Part shown: piece by piece, positions 22,813-35,200 of the stretch
Position numbering within the stretch: position 1 is the first letter of the stretch
How the letters are laid out: every line of letters begins with the position of its first letter
Source of the DNA: Christensenellaceae bacterium Phil1
GTDB taxonomy: Bacteria > Bacillota > Clostridia > Christensenellales > CAG-138
DNA length: 64,000 nt
Assembly (NCBI GenBank): GCA_001940855.1
Contig: MSGS01000031.1
Span: forward strand, 86,867-150,866
Reading direction: 5' to 3'
Made by a program: the position numbers and the translations under genes
Notes under the pieces: generated by a model
What the model saw: only the letters and a program-made list of their open reading frames with translations
Told to the model about the DNA's origin: nothing
The model's database searches: none

Positions 22813-22886
22813 TGCGGAATTGTGTAATGGTAGCACCTACGACTCTGACTCGTATTGTCTAGGTTCGAATCCTAGTTCCGCAGCCA
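22813..22886 (+). tRNA. tRNA-Gln (anticodon CUG)
   Basis: Acceptor TGCGGAA/TTCCGCA with the U1-A72 pair typical of bacterial tRNA-Gln. Anticodon arm TACGA-CTCTGAC-TCGTA, T-arm CTAGG-TTCGAAT-CCTAG, encoded CCA. Confidence 0.9.
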
Positions 22887-22915
22887 AACCCCCGTACTGA
22901 TGTACGGGGGTTTAT
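22887..22915 (+). terminator. Intrinsic terminator of the tRNA-Val/RNA/tRNA-Gln unit
   Basis: aaCCCCCGTA-ctgatg-TACGGGGGttt followed by TTTATGTT. Confidence 0.85.
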
Positions 22916-23185
22916 GTTACTCATTCGTTGTGTGCTACGCAGCAGAGGAAGTTGAGCTAAATATCAGATGCTTTAATGTGTATGATTAGATGCCTGTATA
23001 CATGCATACAAATACTATGATAGCCATAAGCAGTAGTTTTAACTGTAAAGAAAATGAGACGAATACGATAATTAATATAGAATATGACTTGCTTTTATAG
23101 GCAAAATTGATATAATTAATGCATGAAGAATTGCCAAAGCATGAACGGCAAATTGCAAAACCTGACGGAAAGGCAGTGAATAGTT

Positions 23186-23560
23186 ATGGGCGCGTGGGGA
23201 ACTACGCTTTATTCGAATGACACGACGAGCGCTATAAGAGACGAGTATATAAAGAAGTTGAATAGCGGCGAGCCGAACGAAGAAATAACTATGGATCTCA
23301 TTAAAGAGTTTCAAGCGTTGATTTGTGATACCGAAGAACAGGCGTTATTCTGGTATGCCTTAGCGGATATGCAGTTGAGCCATGGCATGCTTATGCAGTA
23401 TGTACGTGACAAGGCGTTGCTTTGCATGGAGGATATAAAGGAATCCGAGCGCTGGGCGCGTCCGGATCAAGACATGGTCACGGGCTGGGTCAAAACACTT
23501 GAAGCGTTGAAAAAGAGGTTGGAGGCCGAACTGCCCAAGAACACGGGCAAGATCGAGTAA
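23186..23560 (+). CDS. Small DUF4259-like protein (function unknown)
   Basis: The N-terminus MGAWGTTLYSNDTTSAIRDEY resembles the MGAWG..(F/Y).ND.A.D opening of DUF4259 proteins (from memory). It is an isolated gene within AT-rich flanks. Confidence 0.5.
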   Translation: MGAWGTTLYSNDTTSAIRDEYIKKLNSGEPNEEITMDLIKEFQALICDTEEQALFWYALADMQLSHGMLMQYVRDKALLCMEDIKESERWARPDQDMVTGWVKTLEALKKRLEAELPKNTGKIE

Positions 23561-23782
23561 AGTCTGCTTTTTGGCGGGTATGGCCTGAGGTGGCTATACT
23601 GGAGTGTTTTTAGAGAATTTGATTAAGCAATTAAAAGAGCCTATTTTGTGGTAGGCTCTTTTTATTTACCCTACCTTATCAGCACAATTTGACTGAATAC
23701 GCGCAATGTAATATAATATTTTAGCGTAATATGGCTATACATATTAGCACAACGGTGCTTTTATTGCGGTAAGGAGGATATT

Positions 23783-25135
23783 ATGGGCAGAATGTTTGGT
23801 ACGGACGGCGTGAGGGGGATTGCAAACGCCGACCTTAGCTGTGAATTGGCAATGAAAATAGGCGCGGCTGGCGCATATGTGCTGACAAGCGTACATAATC
23901 CGCGCATACTGGTTGGGCAGGATACCCGGAAGTCGGGCGATATGCTCGCATGCGCGCTAAGTGCCGGCATATGCTCGATAGGCGGCGATGTGATAAACGT
24001 AGGCGTCATCCCTACGCCCGCAATGGCATACCTTGCGCGGCTGTATTCTGCGGATGCCGCCGTTATGATAAGCGCATCGCACAACACAATGGAATACAAC
24101 GGCATAAAATGGTTCGATGGCGATGGCTATAAGCTTTCCGATGAACTTGAGGACCGCATAGAAGCCATTGTAAAGGGCGAAGAAATAATGGATAAGCCTA
24201 CGGGAAGCGGCGTTGGCAACTGCCTGAGCGCACCGCGAGCCGTTGAAAAATACAAGGAATTTCTCAAATCCACCGCTACGGAAAGCTTCAGCGGCATGAC
24301 CGTAGTGCTCGATTGCGCAAACGGGTCTGCATCAAATATAGCAGCCGACGTATTCAGCGAACTTGGCGCAAAGGTGATATCCTGGGCCGATGAGCCGGAC
24401 GGCTGTAATATAAACGACCTTTGCGGCTCCACACATCCCGATAGCTTGCAGGAACTTATGACGGAGCGCATGGCGGATGCAGGCTTTGCTTTTGATGGCG
24501 ATGCAGACAGGGTGATAGCCGCGGATGAAATGGGCAACATTGTTGATGGCGACAGGATAATGGGCATCTGCGCTAAATATATGAAGAAAGAAGGGAAGCT
24601 TAAGGACGATACGCTTGTTGTTACCGTGCTTTCCAATCTTGGCCTTAAACTGCGCATGAAGGAACTTGGCATAAATATAGAAGAAACCGCCGTAGGCGAC
24701 AGATACATACTTGAGCGCATGCGCCAGAAGGGGTATTCCCTTGGCGGCGAGCAGTCTGGCCATATTATATTCTATGACAAGAATACCACGGGCGATGGTA
24801 TGCTCAGTGCAATACAGGTGATGAACATACTGGCAAAGACAAAGAAGCGCTTTTCGGAGCTTGCAAATGATGTTCCTATACTGCCGCAGGTTATGGTGAA
24901 CGTTGTAGTATCACCGGAGGACAAGGCTGCTGCGCTTAAGGATGAAGACATGATAAACGATATACGCGCGGTGGAAAAGCTGCTTGAAGGCGAAGGAAGG
25001 GTGCTGGTGCGCGCAAGCGGCACGGAACCGCTTATAAGAATAATGCTTGAAGGCAGGAGTGAGGAGCAGATAAATCCCCTTGCCCTGAGAATAGCCAAAA
25101 TACTTGAAGCGAAGTATGCCGGCAGAATAAAATAA
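23783..25135 (+). CDS. glmM: Phosphoglucosamine mutase GlmM
   Basis: MGRMFGTDGVRG, the active-site block SASHN, and DGDADR. Confidence 0.95.
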   Translation: MGRMFGTDGVRGIANADLSCELAMKIGAAGAYVLTSVHNPRILVGQDTRKSGDMLACALSAGICSIGGDVINVGVIPTPAMAYLARLYSADAAVMISASHNTMEYNGIKWFDGDGYKLSDELEDRIEAIVKGEEIMDKPTGSGVGNCLSAPRAVEKYKEFLKSTATESFSGMTVVLDCANGSASNIAADVFSELGAKVISWADEPDGCNINDLCGSTHPDSLQELMTERMADAGFAFDGDADRVIAADEMGNIVDGDRIMGICAKYMKKEGKLKDDTLVVTVLSNLGLKLRMKELGINIEETAVGDRYILERMRQKGYSLGGEQSGHIIFYDKNTTGDGMLSAIQVMNILAKTKKRFSELANDVPILPQVMVNVVVSPEDKAAALKDEDMINDIRAVEKLLEGEGRVLVRASGTEPLIRIMLEGRSEEQINPLALRIAKILEAKYAGRIK

Positions 25136-25143
25136 TGCTCCGC

Positions 25144-25172
25144 TTTACTTTATCGGTAAACGGTGATATTAT
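25144..25172 (+). promoter_or_regulatory. Possible promoter for the riboswitch-controlled operon
   Basis: TTTACT (25144-49), a 17-nt spacer, then TATTAT (25167-72). The match is weak. Read-through from glmM cannot be excluded. Confidence 0.35.
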
Positions 25173-25194
25173 ATAGGGTAGGAAATTGAATACA

Positions 25195-25385
25195 CTTTCA
25201 TGTTCCATCCCGCTTTGGGGAGGCTAAGAGGGAAGCAGGTTAAAGGCCTGCGCGGTCCCGCCGCTGTATGCGCGGAGCGTTCTGCATATGTGCTAACTTA
25301 CTTGGCACGGCCACTGGGCTATAAGCACCCGGGAAGGCATTGCAGAATGCGATGAAGCGCGAGCCAGAAGACCTGCTTGAAAGTT
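25195..25385 (+). promoter_or_regulatory. Cobalamin (B12) riboswitch aptamer
   Basis: Conserved core read directly: AGGGAAGCAGGUUAAAGGCCUGCGCGGUCCCGCCGCUGUA (from 25229), GCCACUGGG...CCCGGGAAGGC (from 25310), and the B12 box GAGCCAGAAGACCUGC (25361-76). Confidence 0.9.
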
Positions 25386-25474
25386 CGCCTTACCACGGGT
25401 CAATGGTACATGGGGCGGGGTATACTAAGCTTGTTTTCTCGTATGCCCGATTGATTTATGTGTGCAGAAATACG

Positions 25475-25502
25475 GCTGCGGCGATTATCGCCGCAGCTTT
25501 TT
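25475..25502 (+). terminator. Riboswitch expression-platform intrinsic terminator
   Basis: GCTGCGGCGA-tta-TCGCCGCAGC followed by TTTTT. It lies between the aptamer and the first start codon. Confidence 0.85.
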
Positions 25503-25538
25503 GCGTACAAAAAACTTGGAAAGGAACATATTGGTAAG

Positions 25539-26294
25539 GTGAGTATTCAAAAAAAACTTTTTGCGGCAATGGCGCTTATTATGGCGCTTTTGTTCGCGGG
25601 ATGCAGCGCGATAGGCTCTAATGACCACAGGGGTTCGCTTGATGTTGACTATATCGCAAACGGCGATGAGGGTGAAGATAGGCTTAATCAGCTAAAAGGC
25701 CTTGCCGCAGAGAACACCACATCTGAGCCGGAGAACAAGCTTAGAACACCGGCGCCGGTTGACGGCGGAGACGATGAGGATACCGCATCCGTTGGCAGGG
25801 CGCAGGCAGAGGCAAGGGATAATGAAATAACTTCCGAAGCCGTACAGACTGAGCAGACAACGGCTCCCGTGAGCAGTAAAGAGCCGGAGGCGAACACCTG
25901 CACCATAACGATACGGTGCGATACTGCCGTTGCAAAGGGCATGCATCTTGAAAAAAAGTGGCAGGGGATAGTCCCTGCAAGCGGCGAGATACTCAAAACC
26001 ACCACGATGACGTTTGAGCAGGGGGATACGGTTTTTGATGTTCTGTGCGCCGTGCGCGATAAGTATAAGCTGCATATGGAATACTCCGGCGCAAAGGGCA
26101 ACGAGTATATAGAAGGAATAAACAACCTTTATGAATTCGATGGCGGCCGCTGGAGCGGATGGATGTATTGCGTGAATGATTGGTACCCCAACTATGGCTG
26201 CGGGCAATACGTGGTCAAAAGCGGGGATGTAATAGAATGGAACTACACGTGCGACCTGGGTAAGGACCTTGGCCAAACGTGGCTGGCGGGATAA
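25539..26294 (+). CDS. Lipoprotein with acidic disordered linker and C-terminal transcobalamin-like beta domain (DUF4430)
   Basis: The GTG 25539 start lies downstream of the terminator. The track start 25458 lies upstream of it and is rejected. Signal with lipobox: MSIQKKLFAAMALIMALLFAG|C. The C-terminal part (nt ~25896-26291) ends GWMYCVNDWYPNYGCGQYVVKSGDVIEWNYT, the DUF4430/transcobalamin beta-domain pattern W..vN......G......l..GD.I.W. Confidence 0.
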   Translation: MSIQKKLFAAMALIMALLFAGCSAIGSNDHRGSLDVDYIANGDEGEDRLNQLKGLAAENTTSEPENKLRTPAPVDGGDDEDTASVGRAQAEARDNEITSEAVQTEQTTAPVSSKEPEANTCTITIRCDTAVAKGMHLEKKWQGIVPASGEILKTTTMTFEQGDTVFDVLCAVRDKYKLHMEYSGAKGNEYIEGINNLYEFDGGRWSGWMYCVNDWYPNYGCGQYVVKSGDVIEWNYTCDLGKDLGQTWLAG

Positions 26295-29200
26295 GAGGCA
26301 TGGGCGAAAGCGCGATAAGCATAAAAGGGCTTAAGAAGGACTATAACGTGGGCGCGGGCGAGGTGCATGCCCTGCGCGGTATAGATATGGAGATCGCATG
26401 CGGCGAATTTGTCTGTATTGCCGGCAAAAGCGGCAGCGGCAAATCGACTCTGCTCAATCTTGTTGCCGGGCTTGAAAGCCCGACCGATGGCAGCATAAAC
26501 GTGCTTGGTCAGCGGATAGACCGAATGAGCGAGATTGAGCGCATTCGCTTCCGCCGCTCGCATATAGGGTTTGTATTTCAGTCTTATAGACTGCTGCCGC
26601 AGTATACGGCAATAGAAAACGTTGCGCTGCCGCTGATGCTGCGCGGCGTTGAAAAGCGGGAACGCGAACGGCGCGCGCTTGAGGCGCTGGATATGGTAGG
26701 CATAGCCAAATGCGCCCGCCAGCGCCCTGCGCAGATGAGCGGCGGAGAGCAGCAGCGTGCGGGCATAGCGCGCTCCATAATCACTTCGCCCGCAATAGTA
26801 ATGGCGGACGAGCCTACGGGCAATCTTGATACGGCAACGGGCGAAATGGTGCTTACGCTGTTTCAAAAGCTGTTCAGGCAGAACGGCACAACGCTGATGA
26901 TAGTTTCGCATGATGATGATATGCCGCGCCATGTGGACAGGACGATAAGACTGAGCGATGGAGCATTGATAGGGGAGGGAATAAACGCATGAATATAAAA
27001 AGAACCATTGCAGCGGCGATAGTACTGAGCATATTGCTTACGGCTCTGCCTGCACTTGCCGCGGGGAAGGTGGAACTGAGCTTTGATTGCGACCCGTCTA
27101 CCGCAAGTATAGAGGTCATAGGCGGCAAGGCATACCTTGGTAACTACACCGTACCCGGAGACGGCACATATCCGTTTACGGCTACAGCTGACGGATACAT
27201 GGATTACAACGGCTCATTTGACGTGGTGGACGGCAAAGTATACTTCAACGGCGCTGAGTGCGGCGGCAATAAGATACATATCGTTATGAGCAAGCAGCTT
27301 TATCCTGTGCTCATAACCAAGAATCCGCAGAATATGACGCTTAATGTTACCGACTCGCTCGGCAATCCGGTAAGCGACACAGCCAACCTGCCCGCGGGAA
27401 CGTATCTTTATACTGCATTTGCAGATGGGTACGAAAGTGCGGCAGGCAAGTTTGCCGTTGAAAATGCCCCTGCGGTGGTGAACATAACGCTCAAAGCAAT
27501 AGCTAAAACCATGCCGACTACAAGCGGCATAGGCGCGCTTGCGCTGCTGCCGGCAAACATTGCCGGGGAATATTACAGCGCGCCCACGGGAAGCCCGGGA
27601 GAACTGGTTAGCCTGTATCTTCCCGTTATAAATAACGGAGAACCGCTTACTGACATAACAATAGAGCCCATAATATCGAATAACGTTGAGGAATTCCCGT
27701 TTGCTGCGGATGCGGCAAATTATGGGCTGAGGCTGCCGGATCTTGGTACCGGGGCATGGGCCGTGGCCCAATATATGCTGAAAATATCGCCTTACGCCAC
27801 AAATGGTGTAAAGACTGTGCAGTTCCGCGCCATATACCGCGAGAACGGCGTGCTTAGGGACAGCACGCTGAGCGCAAGCGTGACAATAGTGAATGGCTAT
27901 GAAGCGCCGCAGGAAACGCTGCATACCGCGCCAAAGCTGATGGTGAGCGGCTATGCCGTGAATCTTGATACCATTTATGCAGGCGATGATTTCACGCTTA
28001 CGGTGTTTGTAAAGAACACATCCGCATCAGCTTCTGCCGTGAATATTACCGGCGCGCTCACGCTTGATCCGTCCGCGCTTATGGCGGCGCTTGGCAGGAG
28101 CGATACCGGCTACGCGGCTAAGATAGCACCCGGCGATACTGCGGAAATAGTTTATGACCTTACCGCAATGCCGGATATTCAGGGCAATGCTCAAATAGCC
28201 ATAAAGCTTGAATACGAGGATAAAGAGAATACCGCCGCAAGCGTTACGCAGACCATAACGCTGCCCATTAAGCAAAGGATGCGCATAAGTGTGGATCAGC
28301 CGGAAATATTCGCGGAAGGCGCGGCGGAAGGGGATTATATTGCCGTTTCGCTGCCGATAGTGAACAAGGGCAAAACGAAGGCATACAACGTTGAAGTAAA
28401 GCTTGAGAGCGAAAAGCTGAGCATGAGCGAAAGCTATTACGGCGGCGATATACTGCCGGGTGCTAAGCAAAGCGCGGAGTTTCAGCTGCTTTGCCTTAAT
28501 GGCGGCGCAGCGGACGGAATGCTGACGGTAAGCTTTGAAGACGCCGAAGGCAATATATATGAACAGAATGTGCCTATACAGGTCGACATTGCCGAAAGCA
28601 TAAGCATACCTGCTGCGGCTTATACGGAAGCCGAACAGCCGCAGGAGAAGCCCGAAGCATTCCCAATATGGATAGCAGCGGCGGGCGCGGCAGCGGTAAT
28701 CGCGGTGGCGGCGGCGCTGATAATAAAAAAGGGGCGTAGCAATGCGGCCAAGTGACTTTATACGCACAGGCATAATAAACCTATCACGGAGGCGCGTGCG
28801 CACAAGCCTTACCGCGTTATCCATGGCGATAGGTGTAATGTGCATACTGATGCTGGTTTCGGTGGGCATAGGGTATGAACAGGCGTATAGAGAATCGATA
28901 GAGGCCATGGGCAGCCTTACAAAAATAGATGTTACGCAAAAGAACGGCTCAAACGGGAAAATAGCCATTCTTAACAAAAAGGCGGTCGCTGCGTTTAAGG
29001 GTATAGACGGCGTTGAGGCGGTGACGCCCGTGCTGCAGTCAACGGCGTACCTTAAAAGCGGGAAATACATAACGATGGTAAAGCTGTATGGCATAGATAT
29101 GGATACGGCGGCAAGCTTCGGCATAGCGCCGATTGAGGGCGAGCCGCCCAAGAAAGGCACGCGGCTCATGCCTGAGCTTATGGCAACGGATGACCTGGCG

Positions 29201-32200
29201 GCAAGCTTTGCGGAGCCGGATACATGGAAAGAAGCAATAGACCGCAACGGCAAACCGCTGATAGATCTTATGCGCGCAAACGTGAAGATGACGTTTGATT
29301 ATGCAAGCCTTGTGGGCGACTATACAGAGGGCGAGGACGGCAGGGCCGTGCCGCTTGGCCAAAGCCTTAGGGCGAGCGTTACGGGAATATGCAGCGCAAT
29401 GAACTATACCTATTCATGCTCGGCGTTTCTGCACATGGATACGCTCAAGGCAATAGATGGAAACAGCAACGCCGCGGCGGACAAAAACGCGGCGGAATAC
29501 CCGTTGGTCTGGGTAAAAGTAAGTAACGCTAACGATGTTATGGAAATAGCTTCGCTTATACGAAGCGCTGGCTTTGAAACATACAGCCTTACGGACATGC
29601 TGGAATCCGTAAAGGAGCAGACGGCAAGGATACAGGGATTGCTGTTCGCAATAGGTGCCGTGGCGCTGCTGGTTGCGGGGCTATGCATAGCGAACACAAT
29701 GATGATGGCCATAAACGAACGGCGCACGGAGGTTGGCATACTGAAGGTGCTTGGCAGCGAACTTCGCGATATTGCGGCTATGTTCCTTACCGAGGCAGCA
29801 ATGATAGGCTTGCTTGGCGGGCTTGTTGGAATAGGGCTGAGTTTTGCGCTGCGTGCTGCGCTGAACGGCATGCTGAGCGAAATGGATGTGCGTTCCGTGA
29901 TGCCGGTATGGCTTGCGGGATTCGCGCTGGCGTTTTCGGTGGTAATTGCGGTTATAAGCGCGCTTATACCTGCAATGAACGCAATGAGAATATCCCCGCT
30001 TTGCGCAATGCGGGATGAATAGAAATAAGGAGAGCATGTATATGAAACTAAGGATGCGAATATGCGCGGCGCTTATTGCGATGCTGATGCTTTGCACATC
30101 GTTTGGATCGCTTGCGCTTGAAGGGGAGAGCTACACTTCATCTGAACAGCAGCTCATATTGTCCGTACAGTCCGCAATACAGCAGGGCGCGGCATATATG
30201 CTCAATCCCGTGGGCAGCTATTATCCGGAAAACGGGCTGAGTTTCGGCACGCTGCAGGGCGACTGGGCGGCATTTGCCCTGGGCAGGAGCGGCTTGGCGA
30301 TACCGTATGACATATGGCAAAAATATGCGGATAATTCAAGCGCGGCAATGGCAAAAGCCATAGAGAAGGTGAGGGCTGAGCACAGCGACATAACAACGCT
30401 GCCGCTTCTGCATTACCGCAAGCGTACAGAGAATATGCGCGCGATGATAGGATATACATCGCTTGGCCTTGACGTGCATAACGTGGCGGGATACGACATA
30501 ACCCGCGCGCTGGGCAACTATACGGATATTATATGGCAGGGCATAAATGCTACCATATTCACGCTTATCGCCCTGAATACGCTGAATTACGATATGCCGC
30601 AGCTTACATATGAAGAAATGAGCCAGGGCGTTCACGGCACGGCCGTACAGGCCACGCGGGAAATGCTTGTAACGCGCATAATGTCTCAGGAACTGCCAAG
30701 CGGCGGCTGGGTGCTGGATACAGGCTTTGAGGTTGAAGACGGGGACGGTTCCGGCAGCTTTATGCCGTCCACCGATAAGGCCGATCCTGATATTACCGCA
30801 ATGGCAATACAGGCGCTCGCGCGGTACAGGAGCATGAACGTTACCGTGAACGGTACGGAGAAAAACGTTGGCGATGCGATAGAGCGCGGACTTAACGCGC
30901 TGAGCGCAATGCAAAAGAGCGCGGGCGATTTCGATTCATGGGGCACTACGAACGTTGAAAGCACGGCGCAGGTGCTTATGGCGCTTATAGCAATGGGCAT
31001 AGACCCGCTAAAGGATGATCGGTTTATAACAGCAAGCGGTAACACGCTTATAAACGGCATATTGCGCTATCATGTTGCGGGTTCGGGCTTCCGCCATGTT
31101 ATGGACGGCTCTGTCAACGCTATGGCGACCGATCAGGCAATGTATGCGCTGGTAGCTTACGACCGCTTCCTGAAAGGCAAGAATTATATATACAACATGA
31201 GCGACAATTTAGAAGCTCATGCAATATCGATAGATACAGCTGAGCATGGCACGCTGAGCGCAGCTGAGAGCGCATCCCAAGGGCAGCGGATAACCGTGTA
31301 TGCGTCCCCTGAGGACGGCTATATTCTAAACGACGTTAAAGCATATCTGTATCAGTCTGAAATAAGCTTCACGGACGGCATTATGCGCGTTTCATGGGAA
31401 CATACGCCAACGTACCAGCAGGCTGACGTAAGTCAAGACGGGCTGAGCGCAAGCTTCACAATGCCCAACGTACCGGTGCTGATACGGGCGGAGTTTGGCG
31501 AAGGAGGCCAAACGGGCGAAAGCTATGGCTTTATACAGACCAGTGTAAACGGCTCCGTGCGCGTATCAAAGGATAGCGCAAGGGCGGGCGAAAGGGTGCT
31601 TATAAGCCCCAAGCCGCTTGACGGTTATGAATACATAGAAGGCACAATCAGCGCAATAGGGCCAAACGGCGAAAGCATTGCACTGAGCGAGAACGCGAGC
31701 GGTGGCTGGGAATTCACAATGCCCAGCGGCAGCGTGACGCTGTATGCGGAGTTCAGCGAGCTGCAAACCATAGGCCATGTGACGATATCCATAGAGAAAT
31801 TCACGCTCGGGCAAGGATACATGATTGAACCTGTGCAGGTAGAGCTGCGCCAGAATGACAGCGTTGCAAAGATAATAACCCGCCTGCTTGATGACTATGG
31901 CATGTCATATACACTTGGGCCGGGCGCAAGCATAGAGAGCGGATTCTATCTTGCGACCATAACCGACGGCAGCGACCCTAACGAGGAGATAAATCCGCCG
32001 CAGTACATTGTGGACGCCATAAACAAGGATGGCGGAGAGCTTCAATACACGCGCGACAGTGAAAGCCTTGGCGAATTCGACTACGCGCAGAAGTCCGGCT
32101 GGATGTATTCGGTGAACGGCGCGTTCCCGAACTACGGTGCATCGGATTTCACGACCACTTCTGGTACAAATCCGCTGAAGGATGGCGACGTTATACGCTG

Positions 32201-35200
32201 GCAGTTCACCCTTTGGGGACTTGGTGCGGACATAGGCGGCGGCTTTGATGGCGATGAAACGTCCGGCTCGTTTGAATATTCATATACCGCAATAGCCGAC
32301 AGAACTGCTGCAACAAGCAGCCTTGCGGACGCTAACAGCAACTATTCCGCATGGGTATCTGCAAACAGCGGTACATATTCCGCGGCATTGAGCGCCATGG
32401 CGGACCTTACCATATCCGAATCCGCCCTGAATGAAGCGCTTGCGCCTGTGCGCGCAATGCTTGCGGCGAACAAGGATGAATTCAGGATAATACTGCCCAA
32501 CAGCGCCGCTGCGAACGGCCACAAGATAACCGTAAGCGGCAAGGCGAAGGCGGGCGACGACGTTACGGTAACGGTAACGCCTGCGGACGGGTACGAGCTG
32601 TATCTTGGCAGCCTTAAAGCGAACGGCGTGAAGCTGAGCAAAAAAGGCGATGCATACAGCTTTGTTATGCCGGCGGCGGACGTGGCCATAACGGCAAGCT
32701 TCTGCAAGGAAGGCACCGGCCCAGCCGAAGTGAAGGGAGACGCCAACGGCGACGGCAGCGTGAATATAGCGGACGTTGCGCTGATATGCCGCTACATAAT
32801 GGGCGAAGCTCAGCTTGGTGCGGATGCGCGCGAGCTTTGCGACATGAACGGCGACGGCAAGATAAACGTTACGGACGCGGTGCTTGTTTGCATGAAGGTG
32901 GCCAGGAATTAACTTTAGGTATTTTAGCCCCTTACCCAATGAAGGTATAAAGGCTTTAATATAAAGACCAGAAAGGAAGGTAAACCAATGAAAAAAAGAG
33001 TATTGGCATTGATGCTCGCGCTTGTTATGGCGCTTTCCCTGCTGCCGATGATGGTGGCGGCGGAAGGCGAAGCACAGGCGACGGAACCCAATTCTGCGCA
33101 GATGCAGAATGAAACCGAGGTTACACCAACCCCGGAAGTACAGGAGACCATTGTTCCCGTGGAGGAACAGCGTACCTATGGCTCGCCGAGCGGGGAACTC
33201 GCAACGATAACCGTTACCAGCGAGAACACGCGCACCGGAGCCACGACCGGCAAGGTAAAGATAAAGGTGGATAAGCCGTGCAAAGTATATTACACGGTCA
33301 CAGAGGAAAACGCTGATTGGCCCGGCAATCCAACGGCAGAAGATGAAGAGAGCGGAAACTTCTGGCCTTATACCCAAGTGGGTAAGGATACGGAGCATGT
33401 AATTACGGTTACGGCAGATGGGATAAACAGCTTTTTCGAGCTGGATATCAAAGATATTCCTACTCAGGAAAAATGTAAGGTTTGGCTTATAACGACGGAT
33501 GAGAATGCTACGATCGATATGGGCAAGATAGTTAACGTATCGATCCCGAAGTTTGAAGGCCAGACCGAACCGGAGGCTCCGAAGGCCAGCGTAAAGGTAT
33601 ACTTTACATTCTATGATGGCAAGAATTATTGCTTCCCCGTCGGCAGAACCGAGATAACCGCCGTTGAAGGCACCGCTGCCAAGTATGGCATGGAGAACGC
33701 TAAGGCCGGCCACCTGGTGGGCGGAATGGACCACAGCATAAAGGCTGGTCAGGTCAGCGTGCTTGATGCGCTGCTGTGCGCGCATGAGGCTGTGTACGGC
33801 GCTGCATTCACCAAGGATACAATGGGCAGCTATTTTGGCGGCAGCAGCAGCTTTGTATCGAAAATATTCGGCGTGGATGGCGGCATCAGCTATGCCGTAA
33901 ACGACCGTCTGCCCGTAGGCCCCAAGAGCGATGGCTATGCCATAAACGAGTATGCGCTCAGCGAGGGCGACGACGTATATTTCTTTATATACGGTGATGC
34001 TTCCTGGGGAGATTACCTCAGCTACTTCGATAAGAAGCAGGTCATCGTCAAAGCGGGCGAGGAAGTGACGCTGACACTTTCAGGGTATATGGCCGTAGAG
34101 CAGATGGGCCCAGAAGGCAGCGACACGAAACCGCTTAGAACGTTGGAAAGCATTGAAGGTGCTGAAATAGACCTGCTTGATGGAAACTACGAATTTGGTG
34201 ATTATCTCGGAATGACTGATACGGACGGTAAAGTAACGCTGAAATTCGATAAGGCGGGAACATATTATGTTTCGGCGATAGGCGAATCAAGCACAACATT
34301 CCCCATAACCGGGCCGTGGTGCGAAATAACCGTAAACGAAGCCAAGCCCGGCGAAAGCGACCTGAACGGTATGCTGGTATATAACGGTACAGTTGCAGAT
34401 AATACCACCGTTATACTGAAAAACGCCGATGATTCATACACTACCACCAATGTATTTGAGTGGAACAAGTATGAATACGACCTTGGCACCGTGACCGACA
34501 GCAGCAACCAGCTCCGTTTTAAGCTGAAGCTTCCCACGGGCGCAAAGGCCACGCTGCATTATACCGACCTTAGCGGCAACCCCGCTACCAAGGACGCCAC
34601 CAAGTCAAGCAACGGCGCGTGGATCAACTGCCTCAAGCCCGGTAAGAACACCGTTAAGGTGGTTATTACCCCGCCCGCAGGCAGCACCGTTGGCGAAAAG
34701 ACCTATACCATCAACGTAAACTGCCAGCCCCGCCTTACCGCACTTGTGCTTTCCGCTGATGGCAATGAGGCGTATCTCAACCCCACGTTCAAAAACAGCG
34801 TGTATGATTATAGCGCGGATATCAGTGCAGCTATTGAAACCGTGCTTGTTACCGCCACGCCAAAGGATGCCTCCTGCACCGTTACCTATAACGGACAGAC
34901 TGACAGCAACGTGGACATAAAGGATACCGACACGATAGTCGTCCGCGTCGAAAAGGACGGTATATACAGCGAATATACTATAAAGCTTAACAAGAAAACC
35001 GCATATACCGTTAAGTTTGAAACCTACCCCGCGAATGCGATAGTAAGGCTTCAGGATCCTAAAAAGGCTATACTTTCGCCCAATGCGGATGGCGTATATG
35101 AAAACCTGCTGCCGGATACCGATTACACTTGGGTAGTTACCTGCAAGGGCTACGTTACCAAGACCGGCACGCTGAATACCCCCGCGCAGCTTACCAATGG